Assembly (NCBI GenBank): GCA_951406725.2
Contig: OX597824.1
Coordinates: 96,410,001-96,474,000, forward strand
Reading direction: 5' to 3'
Length of the DNA: 64,000 bases
Origin: Octopus vulgaris
Lineage: Eukaryota
Part shown: positions 11,329 through 25,521 of the stretch, in pieces
Layout of the letters: each line of letters begins with the position of its first letter
How positions within the stretch are numbered: position 1 is the first letter of the stretch
Notes under the pieces: generated by a model
The model's database searches: none
What the model was told of the DNA's origin: nothing
Seen by the model: only the letters and a program-made list of their open reading frames with translations
Program-made: the position numbers and the translations under genes

Positions 11329-12075
11329 GTTAGCATGCTGTGCGAAATGCTTAGCGGTATTTCGTCTACCGTTACGTTCTGAATTCAAATTCCACCGACG
11401 TGGACTTTGCCTTTCATCCTTTCAAGGTCGATAAATTAAGTACCAGTTACGCACTGGGGTCGATGTAATCGACTTAATCCCTTTGTCTGTCCTTGTTTGT
11501 CCCCTCTATGTTTAGCCCCTTGTGGATAGTAAAGAAATACATATTCCGTCTGCCGTTACGTTCTGAGTTCAAATTCCGCTGAGGTCGGTTTTGCACTTCA
11601 TCCTTTCAGGGTCGATAAATTAAGTACCATTTACGCACTGATGTCGATGTAATCGACTTAATACCTTTGTTTGTCCTTGTTTGTCCCCTCTATGTTTAGC
11701 CCCTTGTGGGTAGTAAAGAAATAGGTATTTCGTCTGCCGTTACGTTGTGAGTTCAAATTCCGCTGAGGTCGATTTTGCCCTTCATTCCTTCAGGGTCGAT
11801 AAATTAAGTACCAGTTACGCACTGGGGTCGATGTAATCGACTTAATACCTTTGTCTGTCCTTGTTTGTCCCCTCTATGTTTAGCCCCTTGTGGGTAGTAA
11901 AGAAATAGGTATTTCGTCTGCCGTTACGTTCTGAGTTCAAGTTCCACCAAAGTTGACTTTGCTTTTCATCCGTTAGGGGTCAATAAATTAAGCACCAGTT
12001 TCGTACTGGGGTCGATGTAATTGACTGGCCTCCTCCCCCAAATTTTGGACCTTGTGCCTAGAGTAGAAAAGAATA
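11329..12075 (+). mobile_element. Tandem multimer of a tRNA-SINE: one head plus about three ~184-bp body repeats
   Basis: GTCTGCCGTTACGTT.TGAGTTCAAATTCC...GTAAAGAAATA recurs at ~11543, ~11727 and ~11911. Confidence 0.85.
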
Positions 12076-12090
12076 TATACTATATATATT

Positions 12091-12450
12091 GTGAAGGCGC
12101 ATGGCTTAGTGGTTAGAGCGTCGGACTTATGATCACAAGGTTGTGAGTTCGATTCGCGGACCGGGCTGCGTGTTGTGTTCTTGAGCAAGACGCTGTATTT
12201 CCCATTGATCCAGTTAACTCAACTGTAGAAATGAATTGTGACGTCACTGGTGCCAAGCTGTATGGGCCCCTTTGCCTTTCCCTTGGATGACATCGGTATC
12301 GTGGAGAGGGGGCGGGTGGTATGCTTGGGCGACTGCTGGCCTTCCATAAAAACAATCCTAGGTTGTGCGCCCGGACCTGTACTCTGGAGGGGAACCTTTT
12401 AAGGTGCACCGATGGTTATTCGTGGCCGACGGAGTCGAGGTCAAGGTCTC
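12091..12450 (+). mobile_element. tRNA-derived SINE (second family)
   Basis: GGCGCATGGCTTAGTGGTTAGAGCG...GAGTTCGATTC...GTGTTCTTGAGCAAG; sister copies on minus at 29663-30010 and 53095-53345. Confidence 0.75.
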
Positions 12451-12458
12451 ACTACATA

Positions 12459-12522
<64 letters not shown>

Positions 12523-12888
12523 TATCCGTCCATATATGTATTAATTGTGGAAGTCGTTTAAAAACATCTTACAAAATAAAATGAGTTTCTCGCGCTTTGA
12601 CTGTAAATTTAATAAGGGAGGTAACTTGCGTACGATTCCGTTGATTATTCCCCCTGTATTAGTTTGTCAGTCGGGAATGTTGCGTAGACCAGTTGCGCAC
12701 ACGCGTCTACACATATAGTCTATTCCTCTATAACCGATTTCAGCTATTAAACTGCGGTCATGCTGGAGCACTGCCGTGAAGGGTTTTTATTTATTATAGC
12801 CCAATGTTTCTCTACTTGCACCTCACCTGAACAAAATGAATGCACACACACACGCACACACACACACACACACACACGCACACACGCA

Positions 12889-12920
<32 letters not shown>

Positions 12921-12934
12921 CACACACACACGCA

Positions 12935-12999
<65 letters not shown>

Positions 13000-13699
13000 G
13001 CACACACACACACAGAGGCCCTGATAAAGTAGAAAATCAGAGTATTTCAAATGCAAGACTCAACCGGAGTTGGAGGCCGTCTACACTCTTGAAAATTGTA
13101 ATCTCAAGGAAGATCGAAATTCTGTTGGTGTAGAAAGTTCAGGCCTCACATTGGTAAACTCAATATGTGGACCAAGCGAAGAGTAAAATATGAGTCAAAT
13201 AAGAAAACGAAGAATGAGTTTGGCGCGAGTTTAATTTCCAGTTTCAAGTGTTTCGGTGCCATTCTGGTTTTAACGACGCTGCACCCAAAAATTCCACGTG
13301 AAAAGTTAGGTAATATTTGCGGTTTTGTAGAATAGGTTGGAACTTCATCAGACTTGCATCGAAAGGTTCGCTCTTAGATTATATCATCATCATCACCACC
13401 ACCACCACCACCACCACCACCATCATCATCATTTAACGTCTGCTTTCCATGGAAGCATGGGTTGGACGGTTTGACTGGAGCTGGTTAGCTGGGGCGCTAC
13501 TCTGGTTCCAGTTGTCTAAATTCGTATTACTCTTCCTGCGGCTGGATGCCCTTCCTAATGCCAACCACTTTGCAAAGTGGCCTGGGTGCTTTTACGTAGC
13601 ACTGACACGAGTGTTTTTACGTGGAACAGGCACATACGAACCCGTGAGACTTGAATCTCTCAGAGAAGGACGCAGGGGAGATGCGTGTATGTATGGATG

Positions 13700-15480
13700 G
13701 TCACGGTTTTACTTAGTTCGACATGTCTTCTTAAACACAACAAACTGCCTGAAGCTTCGGTCCCTTGTCATCTCTCCTGTGAGGTTCAACGTCTGAAGAT
13801 CTTTTCCCACCACTTCGTCCCACCTCTTCCTGGGCCTACCTCTTCCACAAGTTCCATTCTACACTTAGAGATCGGCACTTCTTTATGCAGCTGTTCTGAC
13901 CCCTGCTCATCATATCGCCATACCAGCACAGTCTCCTCTCTGATTACAATTGTGGCCTCATACCCAATTCTTCCTTGCCGTACCTGCACACTGATATTAC
14001 CCATCCCGCAGAGCATGTTGCCTTCATTTATTTCAAGCCTTCGCATACCCATGTAATCATAGCCCATGTTTCATTGCCATGTTGCATAGCTATACGTGCA
14101 CAGGTATCATACAATCTACCTTTCACTCTTAGGGAGAGGCCCTTTGTTATCAATTAAGGTAGTAGTTCTCCGAACTTTCCCCAGCTTGCTCTTATTCTAG
14201 CAACTGGCTTTCAGAACTTCCTTCTTCACTGCTAAATTGGTCGCGTAGGTAACAGAAGCTATCTACTACCTCTAAACACCCCCACCACGACATTTGAGGA
14301 GGTCTGTTCTTCGTACATTCTTAGTGCACATTGCCATGCACAACGATGGCTTTTTTCTGTCAACCTTCTTCTGATACTGTTGCACCTCTTATGTGTCCAT
14401 AGTTTGCACCAGGTATACCATATGGAGTTTCTACCAACACCTTTCCTGCATATCGAACAGGGCCATCTCTCTGAAGGGATTTGAGATTTGTCCGTTTTCC
14501 TACTTTCTAGGACTTTGATCTTTGCTAAATTGACTCTAAGGCCCTTCGATTCCAGACCTTGCTTCCACACCTGAAATTTCCCCTCTAGTTTAGGTAGCGA
14601 TTCAGCTATAAGAACAAGGTCATCAGTATAGAGAAGCACTCAAGGGCAGCCAGTCTTAAATTTCTCTGTTATGTTCTGATAAACAGTGATAAACTATGAT
14701 AAACAAGAGGAGGGGGCGAGAACCGACTCTTGGCGAACTCCTGCTTGCACACTAAATTCATTGCTATGCTCATCTCCAACGTTCACCTTATTGACAGCAT
14801 CCTTGTACATGGCTTGTACAGCTCTCACTAACCATTCATCTATCTCTAGCTTCCGCGTTGACCACCAGATGAGGGAGCGGGGGACTCTGTCAAAAGCTTT
14901 CGCCAGGTCTACAAAGGCCAATTACAGAGGTTTATTCTTGGCTAAATGCTTCTGCAGTGATCAGGAATATAGTAGCATCAGTAGGGCTCCTCCTTTGCCC
15001 CAAACCGAACTGCGTCTCATCCAGGCTAACTTTCTTCCTAATTGGTTGACCTATGACCCTTTCTGTAACTTTCATGACCCGGTCCAGCAATTTGGTATTC
15101 CTGTCTAAGGCGTTACCTGTACCTCTGTAGCAGTTGACTATAATGCTGCTACAGCAATCGTTGGGTATGATTCCCACACGGACAATTCGATTAACTATAC
15201 GGGTGATTAGGCCATATCCCACTCCACCAGATATTCTAAGTATCTCAGCGGTGATTCCTGAAGGGCTGGGAGCTTTCCTCGTCTTCATTACTTTCATAGC
15301 TTTATCTACCAAGCTCTGTTTAGTCAGATAGCTGGTCTCTGTCGGGTCCACATTTGGCGGACTCACCTACTCACATGCATTTTCTACATTTAGCAGCCTT
15401 TTATACTGGCATTCCCAAACCTCTTTTTTTGCAGAATCATTAACTGCAAGCAAGTGAACCATCATCCATGCGAACAGACT
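13700..15480 (-). mobile_element. RTE-clade LINE relic (frameshifted reverse transcriptase)
   Basis: ORF fragments KAPSPSGITAEIL, AFVDLAKAFDRVPR, GVRQESVLAP, LLYTDDLVLIAES (YADD-like), WPCSICRKGVG. Confidence 0.9.
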
Positions 15481-15889
15481 TCTCTCCTACAACACGACAA
15501 TTTTCTCTCACACACTATCTTGCAATCCGAAGCACCCCAAGCCGCTGGTCCTCACGCCGCAGGTCCTCTCGCAGCGGAGCATTGAACTCAGAACATAAAG
15601 ACAGACGAAATACCGCAAAGCATTTCGCCCGTCGTGCTAACGCTTCTGCTAGCTTGTGACCAATAACATATACATTTCTACTCTAGGCACAAGGCCCGAA
15701 AATTTTGGGGAGGGGAACAGTCGATTAGATCGACCCCAGTACGCAACTGGTGCTTAATTTATCGACCCTGAAAGGATGAAAGGCAAAGTCAACCCCAGCG
15801 GAATTTGAACTCAGAACGTAAAGACATGAAATACCGCTAAGCTTTTCGCCCGGCGTGCTAACGTTTCTGCCAGCTCCTCGCCGCCTTGT

Positions 15890-17690
15890 GGCCAATAACA
15901 TATTTGAAATCCACTCTGTAGAAAGTGAAAATTGTGCTTTAGTAAACGTTTGGTACACTTATCATAACGATAGTGAAACAGACAGTTTTTACAGTAAAAT
16001 CGTTGAAAAATTAGTTTCACAATCTTTTCCCACAACAGATAAGCAAATTGAAAATAAAATCCTAAAAGAAATCACGAGAACATTCTATATCGCACATGGG
16101 ACACACTACACCCCTTTCTTCATCCTCACAGAAACCCACTTAAACAACTTTCACAAAGATGCCGAAGTGGAAACAGATTTCATCATCATCCGTGCAGACC
16201 GAAATAAAGGAAGAGCAGCCATTTTTCTCTCTGATTCCTTTGTTGTGGATGCTGTGGACATATTTTCCAACGGCTGTTGTGAATCCATATATTGTTATTC
16301 AACGAAGTTAATGGCATAATCGCTATTGGTTTCTACAGCCCCCCCCCAACCCCACTACAATGCTTTGGAGAGTGTTTCAACGGAATCCAGTTCCTTCTCC
16401 AAAAGAACAACTCCGGGGATATCTTAACGATATGCGATCTTTTGATCTCTCTAAGGTGAACTGGTTTACAAATACTCCGAAGCCAGGTAACTGCACGACA
16501 TCAGGCAAAGCAGCCACAGAATTATTTTTCAATTTAATTGATGAATTTTCCTAACCCAACTTGTGCTTGAACCAATAAGATAAGACAAAATGATCCGGGA
16601 CCTGATCTCAATAAACCACGCTCGCTTCGTTCAAAGCGTTTTAGTTGAAAAAAACTCTTCTCTCGGATCACGACATGCTGCTGGTCCTCTACAACCTTGG
16701 TTTCCGGCATGCCCAAAGCAAATCAGTCACGCTCGCCACCACTGCACCTATACAACAACATCAACCTTACCAAAACAGACTGGGGAGCAATTGGAAAAAA
16801 AACCCTGTTACTTACCGATTGGTCCTTCACTCACAGTTCTTCTGATGTTGTATAACATGGCGGCGCTATAAGAACATTGTCACTTACGCATGCTCAAAAC
16901 AAGCTCCTACGAAACTCACAAACACTGATAGGAATAGGGTCCCAAGAGAGAAGAAACACTCATCAGAAGAATCAAAAGACTTATTTAAAAAAAAAACCCA
17001 GTGCTCCAGCATGGTCACAGTCAAATGACTGAAACAAGTAAAAGAGAAATTAAAATTCTAGCACCAACAATTCAACAGCAGATCAACATGGAAGCCTACA
17101 TGGACAATCAAAGACCTGCAGATGCAAAATGGGTAATCAAAAGCAGGATCTAACAGACGCCGAAAGTGTTCTGTTCCTCTGCCAACAAGCATAGGACCAC
17201 TGTCTCATCCATTGGTCCACTGATTGATGATAACAGCATTCTCCACCATGACCATAAAGAAATGGCAGAAATACTGCAGAAACAAAACTGCCCTGTCTTT
17301 GGTGATTCCATTGATATTGCCATAAGGGATCTGAACGAACCCAATCCCCAACATACTTTCTCTGATATCATTTTTATTACATCAAACATCATAGCAGCAA
17401 TAATTGAAATAAAGTATTGTTCTTCTGTAGGTCCTGATAGATTCCCCTCTACATTCCTGAAGCAATGTAGACACCAACTTGTAACCCCTCTAATCAATCT
17501 CTAGAGAAACTAGTTAGACTGAGGCTTTATACCGTGACACTTCTTGTCCCAATCTGTCACCCCAGTGTTCAAAAAAGGGAAAGAGGTCTCTTGCAGTTAA
17601 CTATCGCCCGATCCCACGCACCTCCCATATCGTCAAAGTGTTTGAAATGGTGGTGAAATCAAGGCTAACTGATTTCCTGCCAGTTCGGTT
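15890..17690 (+). mobile_element. CR1/Jockey-group LINE relic (APE endonuclease and RT N-terminus)
   Basis: ILTETHL..DAEV..IIRADR endonuclease motif; SSVGPDRFPSTFLKQC and PVFKKG..NYRPI..TSHIVKVFE pre-RT motifs; many stops. Confidence 0.75.
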
Positions 17691-18037
17691 TATATCGACC
17701 CCAGTGCGTAACTGGTACTTATTTAATCGCCCCCGAAAGGATGAAAGGCAAAGTCGACCTTGGCGGAATTTGAACTCAGAACGTAGCGGCAGACGAAATA
17801 CTGCTAAGCATTTCGCTAACGATTCTGCCAGCTGGCCGCCACTCGACAGAGTGCGCAGCTCGGAGATCAGGGATTCTCTCCAGGTCGAACCGCTACTTAT
17901 CTCCATTGAAACGTAATAGCTGTGGTACAACGGCCATGATTAGAATATCACAGGAAAGAATCGAAAGACGGATTCTTCAAATCAGGCAGACCAGTGGGAC
18001 ACCCAGTGGTAGACCAAGAACGATAGATTATTTGGTA

Positions 18038-19318
18038 CGAGGGACGTTCAATAAGTAATGCCTCTGACCCACTTGCAATTGTTTGATCTAGCTGAAATTT
18101 TGCATGTGCAATCATTTATATCTCTATAGAGTAAGTGGCAAATTACAGCTCTGAATTAATTGTGGTTTCTGATTTACAGGTGTTTGAACCGAGTCAAGTG
18201 TGAAATGGAGCCTATTGAGTGTCGAGCAGTGATCCGGTTTTTGTATTTGAAAGGACGCACACCACGGGAGACTTTTGATGAAATGAAAGTAACTTATGGT
18301 GATGATGCCCCATCATATGACCTTGTAAAACGCTGGCATCGTGAATTCAAACATGGTCGGAACTCTGTGGAAACAGCTCCCAGATCTGGTCGCCCCTTCT
18401 GCCATTGATGAGGCATCTGTCCGTCAAGTTGAGGCTGCCATTTTGGAAGATCGACGCATAATTATTCGCCAAATAGCCCATGAGGTCAAGATTAGTACCG
18501 GGTCTGTGGAAACTATCATTCATGACCATTTGCATATGCAAAAGGTGTCTGCCAGATGGATTCCCAGGTTGCTCACGCCTTTCCAGAAGCAAGAACGCGT
18601 CGAGTGCTCGAGGGTGAATTTGGAGATGTGCCAAGAAGATGAGTCAAAATTTTTCAAAAGACTGATTACACAGGATGAAACCTGGGTCCATCACGATGAT
18701 CCAGAGACCAAAGCCCAGTCAATGCAGTGGAAGCACCGTGACTCACCCCCTCCAAAGAAGGCAAGGGTGCAGCCCTCCGCTGGCAAGGTCATGCTCACAG
18801 TCTTCTGGGACCAGGACGGAGTAGTGATGACAGATTTCCTGGCAAAGGGTACCACAATTGCAGGAGCCTATTATGCTTCACTTTTGAGGAAATTAAGAGA
18901 AGTTATCAAAATCAAGAGGCGGGGCAAAGGCATCCTCCTCCTGCAGGACAACGCTCCGGTCCACAACTCGCTTGTCGCCAGATCAGAAGCACAGGCGTAT
19001 GGCTATGAACTCCTCCCCCATCCCCCTACTTTCCTGACCTTGCACCCTCTGATTTTCACCTCTTCCCAGTCATGAAGTTGTTTTTGAAAGGAAAGCGTTT
19101 CCCAGATGATGCAGCCTTGATTTCTGAAGTCACGTTCAGGTTGGAGGACCAAGCTGGGGTCTTCTACAAAAACGGTCTCCAGAGCTGCATCAAACAATGG
19201 GAGAAATGCGTAACTCTGGGTGGTTCCTATGTAGAAAAAGACTAATAACTGTGCCAAGTTTCGTTGCTCTACTGCTATGGGAAGTGGGTCAGGGGCATTA
19301 CTTATTGAACGCCCCTCG
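18038..19318 (+). mobile_element. Full-length mariner (DD34D), 1281 bp; transposase pseudogene 18205-19245 with frameshifts
   Basis: TIRs CGAGGGACGTTCAATAAGTAATGCC / GGCATTACTTATTGAACGCCCCTCG with TA on both sides; motifs WIPRLLT, ITQDETW, LQDNAPVH, HPP..PDLAPSDF. Irritans-like by recollection. Confidence 0.95.
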
Positions 19319-19320
19319 TA

Positions 19321-19760
19321 TATTGGAATTGTCTTTTGTTCCTCGTATTTCTTGGATATACATTGCTTTGGCTCATTCTATCTCGTTATCAATTAGCATT
19401 ATCTTTAAATATCTTTAAAGTGTTTCAGCTCTAAAGCTGCGGTCATGCTGGGGCACTACTGTTATTGACTATTCTCTATTAAGTAGTATTTCTTTTAGTT
19501 CTTGGAGTCTTTTATTCCTCGCATCCAAATTCGAAATGATTGAACACATTCTTCTGACAGACTAAATGGTATATTTGTTTTAGTGTATTTTAAGTGAAGT
19601 GAAATATTGTTTCAAATCTGTCGGTTTGCAGTGAATGTTGATTTCAATGTTCGTGTCTTTTTTTATTATCAAAATATCCTGGAATGGTGGTTGATCGTGA
19701 CTGAGTTCCATTGTGAAGTGTATATTGTTGTTCGTATTATTAACTGGGTCATTCATTATT
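19321..19760 (-). mobile_element. Inverted fragment of the neighbouring Penelope-like element
   Basis: Reverse complement matches 21470-21690 (AACAACAATATACACTTCACAATGGAACTCAGTCACGA) and 21900-21975. Confidence 0.85.
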
Positions 19761-20238
19761 GTTTTGAACCTGTTTGTAGTGAATGTCGGTTCAGATGTTT
19801 GTATTACAACCCAACAAAATGCAGGAGCAAAACGTTGGATAAAATTTGTGGTTTTATATTCAGCTTTTCCCTATCATGAACTACCAATCTCCAAACAAAA
19901 ATCTAACACCCACCAAATGGAATGGGAAATTATGCATGAACTCAAAATAAATAATGACATTGTAATTAAATAAGCAGCTAAATGGAATGCTTTGGTCATT
20001 ATGGATGTTGATTACTACAAAAATGTCACATTATTCGTGCGACATCATTTATTAGTGAAAGGTAAACAATTACCAATTATGAAATGCCATGGAAAACAAC
20101 TCAGCACATTCATTCTTCTACAGCAAAAAAGGTTTAAAAGACAAGGAATGTGATTACCTTACGTTCTTTGAAGGAGGCAAAACCAGCAATTTATATGGAC
20201 TCTCTAAAATTCATTAGAGCAAAATGATATATCATACC

Positions 20239-20471
20239 TATTTCTTTATTACCCACAAGGGGCTAAACACAGAGGGGACAAACAAGTACAGACACACGGA
20301 TTAAGTCGCTTATATCGATCCCAGTGCGTAACTGGTACTTAATTTATCGACCCCGAAAGGATGAAAAGCAAAGTCGACCTCGGCTGAATTTGAACTCAGA
20401 ATGTAAAGACAGATGAAATACTGCTAAGCATTTCGCCCGGCGTGCTAACGTTTCTGCCAGCTCGCCGCCCT
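20239..20471 (-). mobile_element. tRNA-SINE with 16-bp TSD
   Basis: AATGATATATCATACC at 20223-20238 and 20472-20487. Confidence 0.9.
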
Positions 20472-20804
20472 AATGATATATCATACCACGTTCGAACAAT
20501 CTTAGATTAAGACCAATCTTAGCGGACACAAATTATGAGACACACAAGACTCAGCAAATATGTCCACATAACGCTGAAACCCATTCTGAAGCATACAAGG
20601 GATAACTTTGACTTGTTAGACTACTTTCCCCCCACAAAACAAAGTTACAAAAACACAAAAGCACTACACCTAATGACTTCGGAATAGAAGCCATAGAATT
20701 CTGGCTTAAAAAATTCTCCAAGGAAATTCCAGAAGAGGTAGAAAACTGATTGATTACTGAAGAAATAAAATACATAAAAAAAGTAAAAAAAAAAAAATTC
20801 AAAT

Positions 20805-20970
20805 AGGCGTAGAAGTGGCTGTGTTGCAAGTAGCTTGCTTACCAACCACATGGTTCCGGGTTCAGTCCCACTGCGTGGCACCTTGGGCAAGTGTCTTCTA
20901 CAATAGCCTCGGGCCAACCAAAGCCTTGTGAGTGGATTTGGTAGACGGACACTGAAAGAAGCCCGTCGAA

Positions 20971-21038
<68 letters not shown>

Positions 21039-21260
21039 CGTGTGTATATGTTTGTGTGTCTGTGTTTGTCCCCCCAACATCGCTTGACAACCGATGCTGG
21101 TGTGTTTACATCCCCGTAACTTAGCGGTTCGGCAAAAGAGACCGATAGAATAAGTACTAGGCTTACAAAGAATAAGTCGATTTGCTCGACTAAAGGCGGT
21201 GCTCCAGCATGGCCACAGTTAAATGACTGAAGCAAGTAAAAGAGAGTAAAGAGAGTAAAT
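20805..21260 (+). mobile_element. Intact tRNA-SINE with internal (TA)n(TG)n
   Basis: A/B boxes, CCTTGGGCAAGTG core, 3' GCTCCAGCATGGCC.CAGT.AAATGACTGAA tail; sisters at 31815-32183 (-) and 42563-42730 (+). Confidence 0.85.
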
Positions 21261-22499
21261 CCATTGGTTGAAAATGCAAACAAATAATTGGAACTGTGAT
21301 GGGAACAAAGGTTTCTCCAACTTATATGAATTTAATCATAGCGTCCCTAGAGATTCAAATGTACGAACAATATAAATCAATGTATTGCATCAACTTCCTC
21401 AAATACCTAATACAAGACTGGAAACGTTACTTAGACGACTGCTTCATTGTAGATCACTGTCTTGACCAAGTTAATGACCTAATTCATAATATAAACAACA
21501 ATATACACTTCACAATGGAACTCAGTCACGACCAACTGCTATTCCTGGATATTTTAATTATAAAAAAAGACACGAACATTGAATTCAACATTCACTACAA
21601 ACAGACGGATTCAAAACAATACTTCAAGCCACTCAAAATGCACCAAAATACGCCGTTTAATCTTGCACGAAGAATATGTTTAATTGTTTCGAATTTGTAC
21701 TCTCATCTCACTCCCTCCAGAACAAGTTGCAGGCATTGGGTGGAAACTATGATATATTGTTTCGAAAGTTGGGGGCGCACCCCACCGGTTTGGCATGGTA
21801 ATATTTTGGTTGCGGACGGGTTTTCAAAATGGTACGTAACAAGAGAATAAAACTTGCAATAAAGTTTTCAGTGCAACTTTAGTTAGATACATTTACACGC
21901 TTATTGATGATAAGATAGAATGAGACAAAGCAATATATATTCAAGAAATACGAAGAACAAAAAACAATTCCAATATACCAAATAATCTAACATAACAACA
22001 CACAGCCCAAGAAAATCTGAATTAACCTACCAAAACATCCTGTTATTGAAACAAGACTAAAAGATGAGAAATGCACTTGAAATATTCAAAATAACTGAAA
22101 GCAAAAGACAACCAAAATCGACGCCAAATTGCCACCCAAAAACACAATCTCAAAAGTCAAAAAGTATGGCGGTTCCAAAAGCGGGACTTGCATCTGCATT
22201 ATGGAAAGACACACCTTATAAATTCAAATCGGGATATATTTTCACTGTCAAAAGGATTTTCACCTGTTCATCCAAACATTTAATTGAATGTAACGGTTCT
22301 AACGAAGATTACACAGGGGAAACAAATTCTTCTTTGAGATGCTGACTTACTATTCATAAATAACAGATACCAAACCGTAATGTTGGACAGATTCCTCCGA
22401 ATAAACATTCAGACATGTGTGCAACAAACAACATCTCAAAATTCCTAGTCTTTCTTCTTTATTTTTGATCTGATAAAACTACAGAGTAAATATGGAGGG

Positions 22500-23310
22500 T
22501 CTAATTGACGGGGACAATCGTCAATAACCAGTTAAGTTTAGTAAGGGATTAGTGATAGAAATAAATATAACAGAAGGGAACTTTGGTAGAAACTTAGAAG
22601 AGGCGCTTAGGAAAGGCATTGCAACCGCCGTGCTGGCCGTGAGATAGTCCTGGATCAATTCTTCAACGCTAAACACGAAGGGTGCATTATAAGAATTAAG
22701 GTGTGTGCTCTAAGACAAGAAGGAACTAAAGCGTTCGATGGGTCTGAGTGGCAGAGACCCAACGTAATAACAAAGCCACAATTCAGTCTATGGCGGATCA
22801 AAATGGGTTCACGGTACTGAAGCCCGAGCAGATGTGTGCGGCTTTTCAGTAGTACTTCACCCAACTATTTGGGACGAATAGAAGTCCGGGACGCAGGATG
22901 TACTTCAGTGCCTAGTTCGACGGCATGCTACGATTCCACCCCCACCACAAGGTGTTTGTGTGGGGGAACGGAACGTTGTGAAAAACCAGTAACAGCCGCA
23001 GAATTACGGGATGCGATGATGGGTTGCACGGGAGGTGGAGAGAATAAATCACGTGGTTTGGATGATCTGCCCTACGAGCTTTACTGTTGTATGCCAGATT
23101 TGTTTGGCGGCCTTTTAGCAGATATCTACCGCAACTGGGAGCAGAACGGGAGAATTTCCAATTCTGTGAATCAAGGAACGGTAGCACTGCTAAGAAATGA
23201 CCCCAAAAGAGGGATCAAATAGAAAATGTTAGGCCCATAATGCTATTGAAGCTACATTAAAAAATTTTGGCGAAGTGTTTAGCAAAGAGGTCGGCGCTTG
23301 TCATGGTAAC
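22500..23310 (+). mobile_element. L1/Tx1-like LINE RT fragment
   Basis: EKPVTAAELRDAM..KSRGLDDLPYELY, GTVALLRNDP, RPIMLL..KILAK. Confidence 0.7.
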
Positions 23311-23577
23311 GGAACACGACGTCAAAGGCAGTCAACATGGAGCTGAAATAAATTCATCGGAGTTTTGTAATAGAATTTTGTTTCGTCGTTATAACAATGG
23401 TAATACCTGCAGCAGTAGTGGCAGCAACAACAATAACAGCAACTTGAACAAGAACAAGGAAAACAACTGCAAGAACGAGAACGAAAACCATTCTTGATGA
23501 TCAGCTTCAAGAATGAAGTAATCAACAACAAAATGAACAACAACAACAGCAGCAGAAGCATCATCAACAACAACAGC

Positions 23578-23620
<43 letters not shown>

Positions 23621-23739
23621 GTAGCAGCAGCAGCAATAACTTTATCTTTGTGGAGGGCAGTCAGCAAGAGAACCGTGCATTGGGGTGCAAGATCTGAAAG
23701 AGAAGACTCTCTTGTATGAAAAAAAAAAAAAGACATGAA

Positions 23740-25480
23740 ACCAGGAGTTATGTCTCTTATGTGGCTCGAGAAGGCAAAAATCTAACTCCGAAAGAATAAG
23801 TGAAATTGCTGCAAGGATAGAAGATTAAAATTTGCTGCCACGACAGAAACTGAAAAATGCTTGCAAGATATTTGGGCCCCAGTTCTACACAATTCTACAA
23901 GGGAAACAATAAGCAATGGTAGCTGCCATATGAACCAACGAACAAGAAGCTCGAAGAATAACATCTCCCGTTTATATGGGTAGGAGATCGATCCCTATTC
24001 GAGTCAAGAATGTGCAGGGTCATCGAGATCAGGTAAGAGTTCGAACCGTACTGAAGGAGTATGGGGAAATTGTGGAGGTGAAACCCTTCTCACCAACCAA
24101 ACAAGATTGGGATTCTTATCGAATTCCAGATATTGGTTTTCCTGAGGAAGTCACTCGCATTCATGATTATTTTGTTATGGGGAAAGCGAGCAGCTGACGG
24201 TGTTAATAGAAGAACGAAAGCCCAAATGTTAGCAGGGGAACTCAAACCACCTCAACACTTTTGCCCCATGGTGGAGAAAGCATGACACCCTCCATGGTCA
24301 CAACGAACTCCACTGAAAGAATACCTCTCACAATCAGTTACTGAAAACGCCAAAACAAACATACACCCACCTCTTTCCTCTGACTCAGGCCTCAATAAAC
24401 CAAAGGCCCTGTAGGTGATAACGGTCTGATGAAATCGTCCCAAAAGGCCTTTATCGGGAGTAAGAGAAAGAATCAGACACAAATAGAGGTGGCCCCAAAT
24501 TGAAAGTGATGAGTCACAATGGAAAGCTAGAAATTCCTCACAGAGTCTCACACCAGAAACGTCAACCCCAAACATTACCAGCATCATCACAACAAGAATA
24601 AGCAACTTTTACAAACACATTCACAATCACGAATTAATAAAAAAAAAATCACGTAAACAAAACTAAAGCTTGAATAATCACATGACCAACAGTCAAACAC
24701 TCGCCTGTACACATCCTTTATAATTTTCTCTATTGTTCAGAAGAACGCCATTGAAGTGATTGAGGAAGTAACCAGGAACGAAAGCATTTTGACGAGTGGG
24801 GTGTGTTTCGCCGAATTCATCCCGGAAACACCTTCGGAATATACTGATACAAACTGATTCTAATACGTATCTTGGTATGTAAGTGAACCTCTTGCAGGAC
24901 ATCAGAGTAGCCCCAACAACCTCACAGAAGAAACCTTCTCCGCTATCCACCTCAGCCAAAACGAAGGTTGCTTCAACAGGCACCCTTGATCGTTAAAGTA
25001 AATAGTCTCTTCACTTTCTTTTCTCAATCCTAAATGGTCACATTTAGAACAGGTTGTGTAAATATTAGGGGTTTGCGTTCGGTATAGAAGCTGGGTCACT
25101 TTCTCACTTTCTCAACGATCTCAGGTCGCCCGATATGAATGTGGCACCCATTAACGAGACGAGGGCCTCCGGATCACACTCTCTCACATTCGTTTTTACA
25201 CCTTGCGGAGCGGCAGTCCTGTTTCCAGAAATTGTTAAACCTTGATATACGAGGAATCTTCCTGGACCCGGGTTGTAGGCTGGTTGCTCTGGAATGGCAA
25301 GGAAGGTGGTGTCTCCAAACTGGTGGCTGTCTTTGCTCCGATTGGAGCTGGTCAGCCTGATTTCGTCGGGAGGTCTAGAAACAGTCCTAAGACCGTTTCG
25401 CCCTTTAGTACTAGCAGGAGATTGGAATCATATTTTTGATGCACGGAACGACTGCGTGGGGATAGTGCATAACAGAAGGC

Positions 25481-25521
<41 letters not shown>

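Larger units (their letters stand above)
19880..22470 (+). mobile_element. Penelope-like retroelement relic (RT + GIY-YIG), interrupted by two SINEs
   Basis: MGTKVSPTYMNL, WKRYLDDCF, IHFTME...LLFLDI, IHYKQTDS (PLE RT); upstream LYGLSKIH and LRPILA; downstream IFTCSSKHLIECNG..YTGET (GIY-YIG-like). Confidence 0.88.
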
